Part shown: in pieces, positions 40,761 to 50,444 of the stretch
Position numbering within the stretch: the stretch's first letter is position 1
Layout: each line of letters opens with the position of its first letter
Notes under the pieces: generated by a model
What the model saw: only the letters and a program-made list of their open reading frames with translations
Databases searched by the model: none
Told to the model about the DNA's origin: nothing
Source: Sedimentisphaerales bacterium
Lineage (GTDB): Bacteria > Planctomycetota > Phycisphaerae > Sedimentisphaerales > SM23-30
NCBI GenBank assembly: GCA_963666285.1
Contig: OY762711.1
Reading direction: 5' to 3' (one strand)
Length of the DNA: 64,000 bases
Position numbers and translations under genes: made by a program

Positions 40761-41774
40761 TTAAAGAGGAGTTTTATCAATAATATCTTTCCCGCCGGCT
40801 AACTCGATAATCATTTCATGAATAGCTTTTTCCTGCTTATCCATACTCCTTTTAGGTTCAACCTGGAAATTCATAAAAAGCTCTCCTTTTTCATTTTTGC
40901 AGACATAAACATCCACTTCCCCAGTCTTACGCGTTTTCAAGGAAAACGGATTAAGAAATAAACCCTTATTATTATCAATTGCTTCACCAAGTGATTCCAG
41001 TCCATACCTGGATTTCGCACAAATACGAACCTGCCATGGACTTATTCTGCTAACACTATCAGCCTTCATTAAGTTATTATACTTGTCGTCACTTACAACA
41101 ATAGACAATTCTGATTTCAAAATCTTATTTTGATACTTTTCCTTAAGATTACTGTATAATTTTACAATATCTTCCTTGTCAAAATATTTAAGTTGCATTA
41201 TCTTAAAATTCCGCTGGTAAAGATCTCCGGCACTTAACCATACTTTCTCATCAAAATCAGAGCATTCATGGATTGATTTCAGTACCAGTTTACCATCTTC
41301 AAATATTATATCGAGCTTATCGGTCAAATTACAAAAATCTAAAAAATCCATAAATAAACTTCTACGATAAGATAGATCCTGATACGCTTTAGAAATTCCA
41401 CCTATGTCGATTCCGGCATAATAGCCCCTCTTAAACCCTAATGAGATTTTTACATCCGTATCTTCTTCAAAATCAAAATCAACTCCTGAATCTGAAATGT
41501 CAAAACGGCAATACACAATTTCTGCATCTTTACTTAATTCTAATAACTCTGAAAAAAATTCTGAATCTATTTCATCAGGTTGAAATATGTGATCAAGTGA
41601 AACTTTTCTGTATAGGTTTGAAATTTCAAAATCAGAAAGACCTGGCAAAACTTTTGAATTAAATGTCATAAAATCGGCACTATCATTCTTTTTAAAATAC
41701 TCGGACTCCTTTGCATTATTTACGAACATCAGCAATTGGTCTTTTGTCAAATTTGTTGTGTATATTTCTAGCAT
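40761..41774 (-). CDS. Hypothetical protein in an AT-rich patch
   Basis: 337-aa ORF with a GAGG ribosome-binding site and no recognised motif. Confidence 0.7.
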   Translation of the reverse strand: MLEIYTTNLTKDQLLMFVNNAKESEYFKKNDSADFMTFNSKVLPGLSDFEISNLYRKVSLDHIFQPDEIDSEFFSELLELSKDAEIVYCRFDISDSGVDFDFEEDTDVKISLGFKRGYYAGIDIGGISKAYQDLSYRRSLFMDFLDFCNLTDKLDIIFEDGKLVLKSIHECSDFDEKVWLSAGDLYQRNFKIMQLKYFDKEDIVKLYSNLKEKYQNKILKSELSIVVSDDKYNNLMKADSVSRISPWQVRICAKSRYGLESLGEAIDNNKGLFLNPFSLKTRKTGEVDVYVCKNEKGELFMNFQVEPKRSMDKQEKAIHEMIIELAGGKDIIDKTPL

Positions 41775-41871
41775 CTAATAAAACCTCTATAAAACATCAA
41801 TAAATAACTCTAAATTAAAATCAACTACTCTATATGAGAAAATAATGGGATACTTACCCTTTATTTAACAG

Positions 41872-42312
41872 CTACCATTCACTTGGAATTTGATCTCCAT
41901 CCTTATAAAACCATAATCTAAAATAAGCTCCAACTGGTTTTGTGATATTTACCTTAACAGAGCCGGTATTGCTGTCATAGTACCATCCTCCACTACCATC
42001 TAAAGTGTGTGTTTCTTTTGAATTATTTGTGCCTTTTATACCGGATGATACACATTCACTGTAACGAAGTTTATTACCAGAAGCAATAAGTTCCTCAATT
42101 TCTAAAAGTGATTCGGGATACTTTTCATTCCGAGTATGATATATTGACAAAGTCCCTCTGTAGCGACTAAGTGCCATACGTGAACCCTTAATCCTTAAAT
42201 AATAAGTAGTAGGGCTGTTCTCACCAATATTCCAGTAACACCAAAAAGATGGAACAAATAATAATACTAATATTATAACAAATATACATAACGCTCGCTG
42301 TTTTTTAGACAT
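41872..42312 (-). CDS. Pilin/pseudopilin-like single-TM protein
   Basis: N-terminal TM, L..YR..L..Y.....YP.SL helix and GSGGWYYD; no GF(T/S)LxE prepilin site. Confidence 0.5.
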   Translation of the reverse strand: MSKKQRALCIFVIILVLLFVPSFWCYWNIGENSPTTYYLRIKGSRMALSRYRGTLSIYHTRNEKYPESLLEIEELIASGNKLRYSECVSSGIKGTNNSKETHTLDGSGGWYYDSNTGSVKVNITKPVGAYFRLWFYKDGDQIPSEW

Positions 42313-42604
42313 CAGTCACACCTTTCTTTCAACATCCACCACATAATACCCTAAAATCGAAACACTTACAACATTTTCAAAACAATCATCACTTGCGTCA
42401 GCCTTTCATTTTCGTGCTAAACAGTGATGTGAAGCATAAATTTTATATTATTGCTTCAAAACCTTTGCGAACTTTGCGGGCTCTGCGAGATACATAAATT
42501 CTGATTCTATCTGGATAATTCAAAACCCGCCGTAAGGCGATTTAAACTAGCTTTCCGCCTCTGGCGGATTACCATAGCTTATTTCTTATTACTCTTACTT
42601 TCGC

Positions 42605-42656
42605 TGAACTGTCAAAAGTACGCCATGCATATTATGCAAAACATAAACCGCACTTA
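42605..42656 (-). repeat. Partial copy of the dispersed repeat (5' hairpin, long-loop allele)
   Basis: Reverse complement TAAGTGCGGTTTATGTTTTGCATAATATGCATGGCGTACTTTTGACAGTTCA. Confidence 0.88.
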
Positions 42657-42879
42657 CATAAACACTAAAATTAAAAGGAGTTAGAAAAAACAATGCGATA
42701 TATTACATTGGCTAGATCTAACCCATAAATACTTTTGCAGCAATAATAATTGGGCTAAAAACAGCGAAAAAATCTAATTATTTGTTGAGTTTTTTGCTAA
42801 TGACCATTAAAGTTATCATTCAGAATTAAAGTTCTTTAATGTTAAACAATTTCTGAACTCATGTATAGGAGCCAAGTTT

Positions 42880-44199
42880 ATGAGAAGGTTAACGGTATTT
42901 TTTTTATTAGCATTTTTTGTCGCGAGTAATGTTTATGCGATTAACGTCAAAAGAATAGGCGATAGTGCCGGCCCTGGCGGAGCTGGTGATTATAAAGGAG
43001 AAGGTGTTCTGAAGGGCATGCCTGACCCTGCAATTATTCAGGCAAAAGATGGATCATATTATATCTTTGCCACCGGCAAAGGCCTGCCTTTCTACCATTC
43101 AACTGACCTGCTGAACTGGACTGAAATCGGACGCGTCTTCGACAAAGCAGTTCCTGACTGGTCCAAAAAGGCAATTCCCGACACAGAAGGCATCTGGGCA
43201 CCCGATATTGTCAAACTAAATAATATGTTTTATGTTTATTACTCGGTCTCTTCTTTTGGCGCTCAAAAATCTGTGATAGGTGTTGCACGCAATAAAACCC
43301 TGGACCCGAAATCTCCTGACTATAAATGGGAAGACCAGGGCTTGGTTATAAAGTCATTCGCCACAAAAGAATATGACTACAATGCCATCGACCCGGCTGC
43401 AATCCAGACATCTGACGGTAAAGCCTATATTGTATGGGGCTCTCACTGGAACGGACTAAAGTTTGCTGAACTGAACCCTGAAACGGGCAAGCTTAAAGAA
43501 GGCACAAAGATTAAAACTGTAGCAACCCGCCAGCCGGTCGGCAAGCAAGCTATCGAAGGCGGCTACCTGGTACAGTATATGGGCTACTTCTACCTGATGG
43601 TATCTTTCGACAACTGTTGTGCAGGTGCTGAAAGCACATATAAAGTAATGGTCGGACGTGCCAAAAATATTGAAGGACCTTACCTTGACTTTGACGGCAA
43701 TGATATGGCCCAGGGCGGCGGCACTCTCGTATTGGCCAATAACGATAACTGGCGTGGTCCGGGACACAATTCTGTACTAACCACAGATAAAGGCCATTGG
43801 ATTGTTCACCATACCTACGATACAAATGATATCGGTGCCCAGCGTATCGGACAGATTAGGCCAATGTACTGGACTGAAGATCTTTGGCCGGTCGTAGGAG
43901 AGCCATTGAGCGATGATAATCTGATGTGTACTAAAAAGGCAAAAGTCACTTCAAGGGATATTGAAGGCAGCTGGCGACTTTCAAACAATTATGGTCCCGA
44001 AACCATTTATGACTTCCTGCCCGATGGAGTCATCGCCGGTCATAATAATGTCAAATGGGGCATCGCCGACAATGAAATAACAATCAAATGGAATATTAAC
44101 GGCAATGAATACATTGATAAATGTATTGTTGAGCCAAACAAAGATTCATTTATTGGCAGAAATAACGATGGCGCTGTAATTCGCGGCACAAAAATATAA
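42880..44199 (+). CDS. Secreted GH43 glycoside hydrolase (endo-arabinanase-like)
   Basis: Signal peptide; DP.II, WAPD, NAIDP, IEG, YK.MVGR and GPGHNS motifs. Confidence 0.9.
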   Translation: MRRLTVFFLLAFFVASNVYAINVKRIGDSAGPGGAGDYKGEGVLKGMPDPAIIQAKDGSYYIFATGKGLPFYHSTDLLNWTEIGRVFDKAVPDWSKKAIPDTEGIWAPDIVKLNNMFYVYYSVSSFGAQKSVIGVARNKTLDPKSPDYKWEDQGLVIKSFATKEYDYNAIDPAAIQTSDGKAYIVWGSHWNGLKFAELNPETGKLKEGTKIKTVATRQPVGKQAIEGGYLVQYMGYFYLMVSFDNCCAGAESTYKVMVGRAKNIEGPYLDFDGNDMAQGGGTLVLANNDNWRGPGHNSVLTTDKGHWIVHHTYDTNDIGAQRIGQIRPMYWTEDLWPVVGEPLSDDNLMCTKKAKVTSRDIEGSWRLSNNYGPETIYDFLPDGVIAGHNNVKWGIADNEITIKWNINGNEYIDKCIVEPNKDSFIGRNNDGAVIRGTKI

Positions 44200-44220
44200 C
44201 ATTCTTTCGATATCAGAATT

Positions 44221-44260
44221 AAAAAAGGCAGGCCGGACTTAACAGTCTTTCCTGCCTTTT
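44221..44260. terminator. Bidirectional terminator
   Basis: AAAAGGCAGG...CCTGCCTTTT between convergent genes. Confidence 0.7.
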
Positions 44261-44285
44261 ACTTTAACCATAATAAACAGATCGC

Positions 44286-44807
44286 TTATCCGGCCAAAAG
44301 TATTCGACCGGCCTGTAAGATAACCCCGGCATACACGCCCGCTGCAATATCATCAAATAACACACCCCATTTGCTCTTTTGCCTGTCAAAATAACTTGCA
44401 GGCCAGATTTTTATAATATCAAATACACGGAACAGAAAAAAACCGGCTGCAAAATAGTATATTATGTGACTGGCTGGCATTTGGTCCCAACTAAGGAGCC
44501 AGAACAGGGTTATTGCCTGGCCGGAAACCTCATCTGAGACAATCATTCCGGGATCATCGCCGTAATTTTCAATCCCCTTATCACCAAAGTATATCGTAGC
44601 CCAAAAGCCATAAATAAATAGCAATACAAGAGTTAGAGCGACAATCAGAGTCGACTTAAAGATAAAGGCAACCGCAAAAGCGATCAGGGCCGTCCAAAGC
44701 GAACCCCATGTACCGGGAGCAAAAGGCATAAAGCCCATACCGAAAGCGGATAAAAAAAGTTTATACGGTTCTATTTTTTTGATTTCTTTTTCATTCATTA
44801 TCATCAA
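44286..44807 (-). CDS. pgpA: Phosphatidylglycerophosphatase A
   Basis: G..PFAPGTWGS, DP..IV.DEV.G, FR.FDI.K.WP and G...DD..AG motifs. The start may be 44804 or 44798. Confidence 0.93.
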   Translation of the reverse strand: MMIMNEKEIKKIEPYKLFLSAFGMGFMPFAPGTWGSLWTALIAFAVAFIFKSTLIVALTLVLLFIYGFWATIYFGDKGIENYGDDPGMIVSDEVSGQAITLFWLLSWDQMPASHIIYYFAAGFFLFRVFDIIKIWPASYFDRQKSKWGVLFDDIAAGVYAGVILQAGRILLAG

Positions 44808-44953
44808 CCTTAAGTATTTTTATCGCAAGCAAATGCAGTATAAGATTTTAGGTTACGGTTTACACTTGCTTTTTATCTCTATTTGGGACTATTATATTAG
44901 GGTTATAACTTGCTATTTTCAAGTTTCAATAAATATCAATTATGTATTAGTAG

Positions 44954-45152
44954 ACTTTTGCAGTTTTTAAGTTGCATAAATCGCCTAAAAGGGCCTTCCT
45001 GCAACGCTTTGAATTAAATATTCTTTCGAGAATTAGCTCGGAAATACATTTAAATATGAAGTTTTTCATTCACAAGGCCCTGTTTCGGCTTTGCGTGTAA
45101 TGTTAACAGTCAAAAGTGCGCCATGCATATGATGCAAAGCATAAACCGCACT
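44954..45152 (-). repeat. Dispersed structured repeat, copy 3 (full length, long-loop allele)
   Basis: Reverse complement aligns with copies 1 and 2 and carries a ~25-nt insertion in the first hairpin loop. Confidence 0.92.
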
Positions 45153-45201
45153 ATTATTATCTGTCTTGATATAAATAAAACTCAAGTTAGGAAACCGCTT
45201 T

Positions 45202-47022
45202 ATGGGCATAGTATCAGATAATTACGAAAAGTTAAAAAGCCAGGCAAAGATTCGCTACGATGAAATTGCCGCCAAAACAAAATACGAAATTCAGATCGGA
45301 TCAGCAACCTGCGAAAATGCTGCTGGTGCTAATGATGTCTGCCGGGAATTGACCGCCCTGGTTGAATGTAACTCTCGCGAAGACATTACTATCAAAAGAG
45401 TCGGATGCACCGGGCAATGCAGTATAGAGCCAATAGTATCGGTTATCAGTGCTGATGGCAATGCTGTAAAATACTGCAAGGTAGACGTGGATTTTGCTAA
45501 ACAAATCTATAACGACCACATTGCCGAAGGCAAAGACGTAGAAGATAACGTTGTTAAAGAAAATAAAAAACAATTGCGTCTGGCATTAAGAAACAGCGGT
45601 AAAATCGACCCGGAATGCCTGGGTGATTATGTTAAAAATAATGGATACAAAGCCCTTGCAACTGTGCTGGAAAAAAATGATTCCAACTGGGTACTCGAAC
45701 AAATAAAAATATCAAATCTGCGAGGCCGAGGCGGCGGCGGATATCCGACCGGCATGAAATGGCAGGCTGCTGCGGATCAGAAAAGTAAAATAAAATATAT
45801 AATTTGTAATGCCGACGAAGGTGATCCAGGCGCATTTATGGACCGGTCAATGCTCGAAGGCGACCCATTCAGCATCATCGAAGGTATGACTCTTGGCGCT
45901 TTTGCAATTGGAGCAACAAGCGGCTACCTGTATATTCGAGCAGAATATCCTCTGGCCATTGAGCGAATTGAAAAGGCTATTGTACAAGCTAGAGCTAATA
46001 ACCTGCTTGGCGAAAATATCCTTGGCAGCGAAATGAGCTTTGATCTCGAAGTAAGACTTGGTGCCGGAGCCTTCGTTTGCGGAGAAGAAACAGCTCTTAT
46101 CCAGAGTATTGAAGGCCGTCGCGGCCAGCCAAAAATCCGACCGCCATTTCCTTCTCAAAAAGGTCTTTGGGGATATCCAACAGTAATTAACAACGTAGAA
46201 ACCTGGACTAATATCCCGGTAATTATTAACGACGGTCCAGAGCAGTTCGCTGAGGCCGGAACCGAGCGAAGCGGTGGAACTAAAGTGTTTGCTCTTGCCG
46301 GCAAAATCAAAAATACCGGCCTTGTGGAAGTTCCAATGGGTACTACCCTGCGTGAAATTGTATATGAAGTAGGCGGCGGCGTACCTGACGGCCATGAACT
46401 AAAAGCTGTACAGACCGGCGGTCCTGCCGGCGGCTGTCTGCCAATCTCAATGATAGATACCCCGGTTGATTTTGATACGCTGCAGGCAGCAGGCTCAATC
46501 ATGGGTTCCGGCGGTATGATCATAATGGATGACACCGACTGTATGGTTGATGTTGCCAGATTCTTCCTGGAATTTACCAAAAGCGAATCCTGTGGAAAAT
46601 GTACTCCATGCCGCGAAGGAACTACCAGGATGCTGGAAATCCTTGATAAAATTACTGAAGGCAAAGCAGATACAAAAGACCTGGACAACCTCAAGAGACT
46701 GGCACTACTGGTCAAAAAAGCCTCTCTTTGCGGGTTAGGCCGCGCTGCTCCTAACCCTGTACTCAGTACACTGGAAAACTTCAAAGAAGAATACGAAGCT
46801 CATGTAATAGATAAAAAATGTCCGGCAGGCAAATGCAAAAAACTTATCAGCTATTCGATCATTGAAGACAAATGTGTTGGCTGTACAGCTTGTGCCAGGG
46901 CATGTCCCGTCAGCTGCATAAGCGGCAAAGTCAAAGAGCCGCATATTATTAATCAGGAAGAATGTATCAAGTGCGGCAGATGCTTCGATGTATGTAAGTT
47001 CGACGCTGTAGCTAAAAGCTAA
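45202..47022 (+). CDS. HydB/HndC/NuoF-type NAD(H)-binding FMN iron-sulfur subunit
   Basis: N-terminal thioredoxin-like [2Fe-2S] domain, LRGRGGGGYPTG.KW, NADEGDPGAFMDR, GAFVCGEET, ESCGKCTPCREG and two C-terminal CxxCxxCxxxC clusters. Confidence 0.92.
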   Translation: MGIVSDNYEKLKSQAKIRYDEIAAKTKYEIQIGSATCENAAGANDVCRELTALVECNSREDITIKRVGCTGQCSIEPIVSVISADGNAVKYCKVDVDFAKQIYNDHIAEGKDVEDNVVKENKKQLRLALRNSGKIDPECLGDYVKNNGYKALATVLEKNDSNWVLEQIKISNLRGRGGGGYPTGMKWQAAADQKSKIKYIICNADEGDPGAFMDRSMLEGDPFSIIEGMTLGAFAIGATSGYLYIRAEYPLAIERIEKAIVQARANNLLGENILGSEMSFDLEVRLGAGAFVCGEETALIQSIEGRRGQPKIRPPFPSQKGLWGYPTVINNVETWTNIPVIINDGPEQFAEAGTERSGGTKVFALAGKIKNTGLVEVPMGTTLREIVYEVGGGVPDGHELKAVQTGGPAGGCLPISMIDTPVDFDTLQAAGSIMGSGGMIIMDDTDCMVDVARFFLEFTKSESCGKCTPCREGTTRMLEILDKITEGKADTKDLDNLKRLALLVKKASLCGLGRAAPNPVLSTLENFKEEYEAHVIDKKCPAGKCKKLISYSIIEDKCVGCTACARACPVSCISGKVKEPHIINQEECIKCGRCFDVCKFDAVAKS

Positions 47023-47052
47023 CTATTCCTGACAAAAAAACATATATTGAAA

Positions 47053-47081
47053 AGGGCCGTAGTTAAATTAACTATGGCCCT
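47053..47081. terminator. Hairpin between convergent genes
   Basis: AGGGCCGTAGTT-aaatt-AACTATGGCCCT. Confidence 0.65.
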
Positions 47082-47132
47082 CTCTATTTCCAACGTTAAA
47101 CCGGTATGCAATAGCTCGAATAAAGATGCAAC

Positions 47133-48179
47133 CTAAGCTGAGCAGCAGTTAATATCATTTACTGCACCAATAAAGGCATTTATATTCTCCGTCGAAACAT
47201 CCATTGGCATCCCCCCACCACAAGATGCAATTATTCTCGTCGTATCTTCCAGCGTTCCGAAAGCATCTTTCACACTTTCCCGTACCTGCTGTGGAGTGCC
47301 AAGTGCCAGGACATCACGAGGAGGAATATTGCCAAGCAAAACTACTTTATTGCCTGTCCACTGTTTCATTTCTTCCATAGAATGCAAAAAACTGAAGTTA
47401 AACATATTTATACCCAAATCTGCAAGATGAGGAGAACTCGCCCTGCCGTCTGCATCATTGTGGAAAAATTTAACAGATACATCAAAACTGTCAAATATTG
47501 CTTTCAAATATGGTTTGGTAAATTCATGATAATCAGGCTCACCACAAAAACCAACAATATCATCAAGTATTAAGATACCGTCGATAGTATCAAATTCTTT
47601 TTTCTGAAGCTCAAGCCACTTAATAGTATAGTCTGTTATGATTTGAAGCAACTTATGAATTTTATCGGTATCAGTTCTTAAGGCCATCAAAAACTCTGTT
47701 GCGCCCATCAGGAAAGTTCCTATATTTAACGGTCCGCGAGCAATTGCAAATCGGATAGAATGTCCCACACTCTCAATCTTTTTACGATTGATACGAAGCC
47801 GGTTCAAGACAAACGGAGCTAAACCATCATGTTCAACTTTCGGCATCTTCATTCGATCAATATCTTCAATATCATGTATAATTCTATCTGCATGAGGCAG
47901 ATCATTTTGCTGCCAGCTGCATTTGGCGCCAAAAGCAGAAGGCTCCGTACACATTCCATACTCAGACCAGAAACCCGGCAAAAACATTACATCAGGAAAG
48001 GTCTCTATCGCCCTTTTATTTGTATCAAACCAGAGCTCATCATTAGTAAAATAATCCAAAGTGGATATCCCGGCCCAACCGGGCAGCCAAGGGCTGTCAA
48101 TGATAAAACCTGTCGGAATTTTTGTATTCTCTTTTCCAGCTATTACATCAAGCAGTAACTGCCATTGTGAGTCATTCAT
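47133..48179 (-). CDS. Uroporphyrinogen decarboxylase / MtaA-CmuA superfamily protein
   Basis: EPSAFGA, GP.....LMG, L.GNI.P...L..GTP and I.SCGGG.P...EN motifs. Confidence 0.8.
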   Translation of the reverse strand: MNDSQWQLLLDVIAGKENTKIPTGFIIDSPWLPGWAGISTLDYFTNDELWFDTNKRAIETFPDVMFLPGFWSEYGMCTEPSAFGAKCSWQQNDLPHADRIIHDIEDIDRMKMPKVEHDGLAPFVLNRLRINRKKIESVGHSIRFAIARGPLNIGTFLMGATEFLMALRTDTDKIHKLLQIITDYTIKWLELQKKEFDTIDGILILDDIVGFCGEPDYHEFTKPYLKAIFDSFDVSVKFFHNDADGRASSPHLADLGINMFNFSFLHSMEEMKQWTGNKVVLLGNIPPRDVLALGTPQQVRESVKDAFGTLEDTTRIIASCGGGMPMDVSTENINAFIGAVNDINCCSA

Positions 48180-48351
48180 TTATATTACTCCTAAAACAGA
48201 GTACGCTTACGTACTTCTGACTATTTGACACTAAAAGTAAAGTCTCTAAGGCTTTCACCAAATACACTTTGTTACAACTTGAATAGTGCAAACGTCAATA
48301 CAGATATATTTTACCATATTGTATTATATGGTATTTGTAACAACAACAAAA

Positions 48352-48380
48352 TTGACAAAAATTGCGTTTTATTGTATAAT
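48352..48380 (+). promoter_or_regulatory. Consensus sigma-70 promoter of the AraC gene
   Basis: TTGACA-N17-TATAAT exact match. Confidence 0.85.
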
Positions 48381-48387
48381 AATGACC

Positions 48388-49284
48388 ATGCATAGATATA
48401 TACGCATAAAGAAACAGGATTATTATCCCCAAACCGCAGCTATATTTCATAACTCGGAACCATATTTCCCTATCATCTGGCATACTGCCACAGACCAGGA
48501 TAAGCCCATAGGCAGCAAAAGCACTTTTTCGGAACACATCCACGATTATTATCACATTGTAATATACAGCAAAGGGAATGGTTTCTATTCAAGAGACGGC
48601 ATATTTGAAGCTGCCGAACCGGGACACTGCGTACTGACACACCCGGGCCAAAAACACGATTTTGCATCCCGGATGAAATCTGCTGTTTATTCTGAAATCA
48701 CATTTTCGTACCAGACTCCGGCAGAAAAAAACAGCAAACTGACATTTAATGAGCTTCTATCAAAATTCGCAGGAACAGAATGCTGTCTCAAAAAAACAAT
48801 TATTCTGCCAAGAGAATCACAAAACACTTTCCACAAGTATATAACACAGACAACCGACTATTTGAACAGTACACACCCAAGAGCCCTGTATTATGCCTGT
48901 TGGACTCTGGAGCATATTTTCAATTATTTAATTGATAACTGCTGTGACCAGGAACAAACATCAATCGTTGATGATAGAATCACACAAATACAAATCTGGA
49001 TCGAACAAAACTATATTGACAATCTGTCAATGGATGACCTGGCCAAAAAAGCCGGGCTAAGTAAAGGATATTTCTTTAGAGCATTTAAAAAGGCGTTCGG
49101 CATCGCCCCTCTTTCCTACCAGCAACAACTGAGAATAGAAGCCGCTAAAACATTGCTCAAAACAACTTCATTGCGATGTAACGAAATCGCTTACAGGGTA
49201 GGATTTAACGATGTCTATTTCTTCCATCGAATCTTCAAAAAACTTGTAGGGCTTACACCAAACCAATATAGAAAAACAGGCTAA
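48388..49284 (+). CDS. AraC-family transcriptional regulator
   Basis: Cupin (EHIHDYY...PGQKH) plus HTH (LAKKAGLS..YF.R.FKK..G; IA..VGF.D..FF.R.FKK..G.TP..YR). Start inferred from the promoter position. Confidence 0.9.
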   Translation: MHRYIRIKKQDYYPQTAAIFHNSEPYFPIIWHTATDQDKPIGSKSTFSEHIHDYYHIVIYSKGNGFYSRDGIFEAAEPGHCVLTHPGQKHDFASRMKSAVYSEITFSYQTPAEKNSKLTFNELLSKFAGTECCLKKTIILPRESQNTFHKYITQTTDYLNSTHPRALYYACWTLEHIFNYLIDNCCDQEQTSIVDDRITQIQIWIEQNYIDNLSMDDLAKKAGLSKGYFFRAFKKAFGIAPLSYQQQLRIEAAKTLLKTTSLRCNEIAYRVGFNDVYFFHRIFKKLVGLTPNQYRKTG

Positions 49285-49293
49285 TACGCCCCC

Positions 49294-50388
49294 CTATTTT
49301 AGCTTGGGAAGTTCTACAGTAAACTGCATATCCTTGCCCACCTTCCAGGCATTTGACTTATCCTCAGATATTCTTGCCAGATATGGAGAAAACGTTTTAA
49401 CCTTTACAGTTTTACCATCAGGCAGAAACTCCAATATGCGTATCCATCCTTCACCACCTTTTGTTGCCCATTGGGCATTAAACATCATCTGATGCACAAA
49501 CCGACCATCATCATAAGTATCTTTTCTATACCCGACAGCCAAAGCATCCCAGATTGCCTTTACATCTCCGGGATTCGGCCCGGTTTTTTCATAGGCCTTA
49601 TAATGACCATTAAAAACAAATTCAAAATTAGAATATTTAGCGACAAAATTATCCCATAATTCCCGGCCGCAGTTAGCCGAACCAACCTTGCTGACACCAT
49701 AGCTATAAGGACTGTTTTTTGTCCCTGGCGTTGTGTGAAGAGCCATGCCATTATCGTTGAACAAAGTTGACTCCTGATCAACAAACTCATGAGTAACCAA
49801 GATAAATGACTGTTTTTTATGTTGTGCCGCAATCTCATCAGCCCAGTGGACAACTTCATCTCGCGGGCCAAATTCCAGAGAAAAGATAATATAATCCCGC
49901 CCGCCATATTTGAATTTATACCAGGCATTTTCCAAATGGCCATCTTCGTAATATCCGCCAAATATTTTTTCATTTAGAGGATTATCAGATATGCTTACGT
50001 AATCATTCAGCATCGTAGAGCGATCACTGGAGTTTTTACCCAAATCGTGATTACCGACTGAAAGCACATATGGAAGCTCTCCGTCTAAAACCTTCAGGCT
50101 ATCTTTAGCACGTTCCCACTGTTCTAGCTTATTGGCATCAACAATATCACCCACATGAAGTACAAGCTGAAGATTCAATTTGTCTTTATTGTCAACAAGC
50201 CATCGTGTAATTTCAGTAAAGAGAGGTGCATTTTCTTCACTTCTGACATAATATTGCGTATCAGGAATAACTGCTATAGACCACGATCGCTGCTTAGCTG
50301 GTTGAGCCTGAGAAAAAGCTATGCAGTTACATAAAACAACAGAAACCAACAAACAATACTTCACAAACAAACGTCGCGATACAAACAT
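49294..50388 (-). CDS. Exported calcineurin-like metallophosphoesterase
   Basis: Signal peptide; PDTQ, HVGDIV, GNHD, VTH and NGH motifs. Confidence 0.88.
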   Translation of the reverse strand: MFVSRRLFVKYCLLVSVVLCNCIAFSQAQPAKQRSWSIAVIPDTQYYVRSEENAPLFTEITRWLVDNKDKLNLQLVLHVGDIVDANKLEQWERAKDSLKVLDGELPYVLSVGNHDLGKNSSDRSTMLNDYVSISDNPLNEKIFGGYYEDGHLENAWYKFKYGGRDYIIFSLEFGPRDEVVHWADEIAAQHKKQSFILVTHEFVDQESTLFNDNGMALHTTPGTKNSPYSYGVSKVGSANCGRELWDNFVAKYSNFEFVFNGHYKAYEKTGPNPGDVKAIWDALAVGYRKDTYDDGRFVHQMMFNAQWATKGGEGWIRILEFLPDGKTVKVKTFSPYLARISEDKSNAWKVGKDMQFTVELPKLK

Positions 50389-50444
50389 TTCAATACTTTC
50401 TTTCTAAATATTCTTTTTTAATACAATCAACAATTTTCAAGGGA

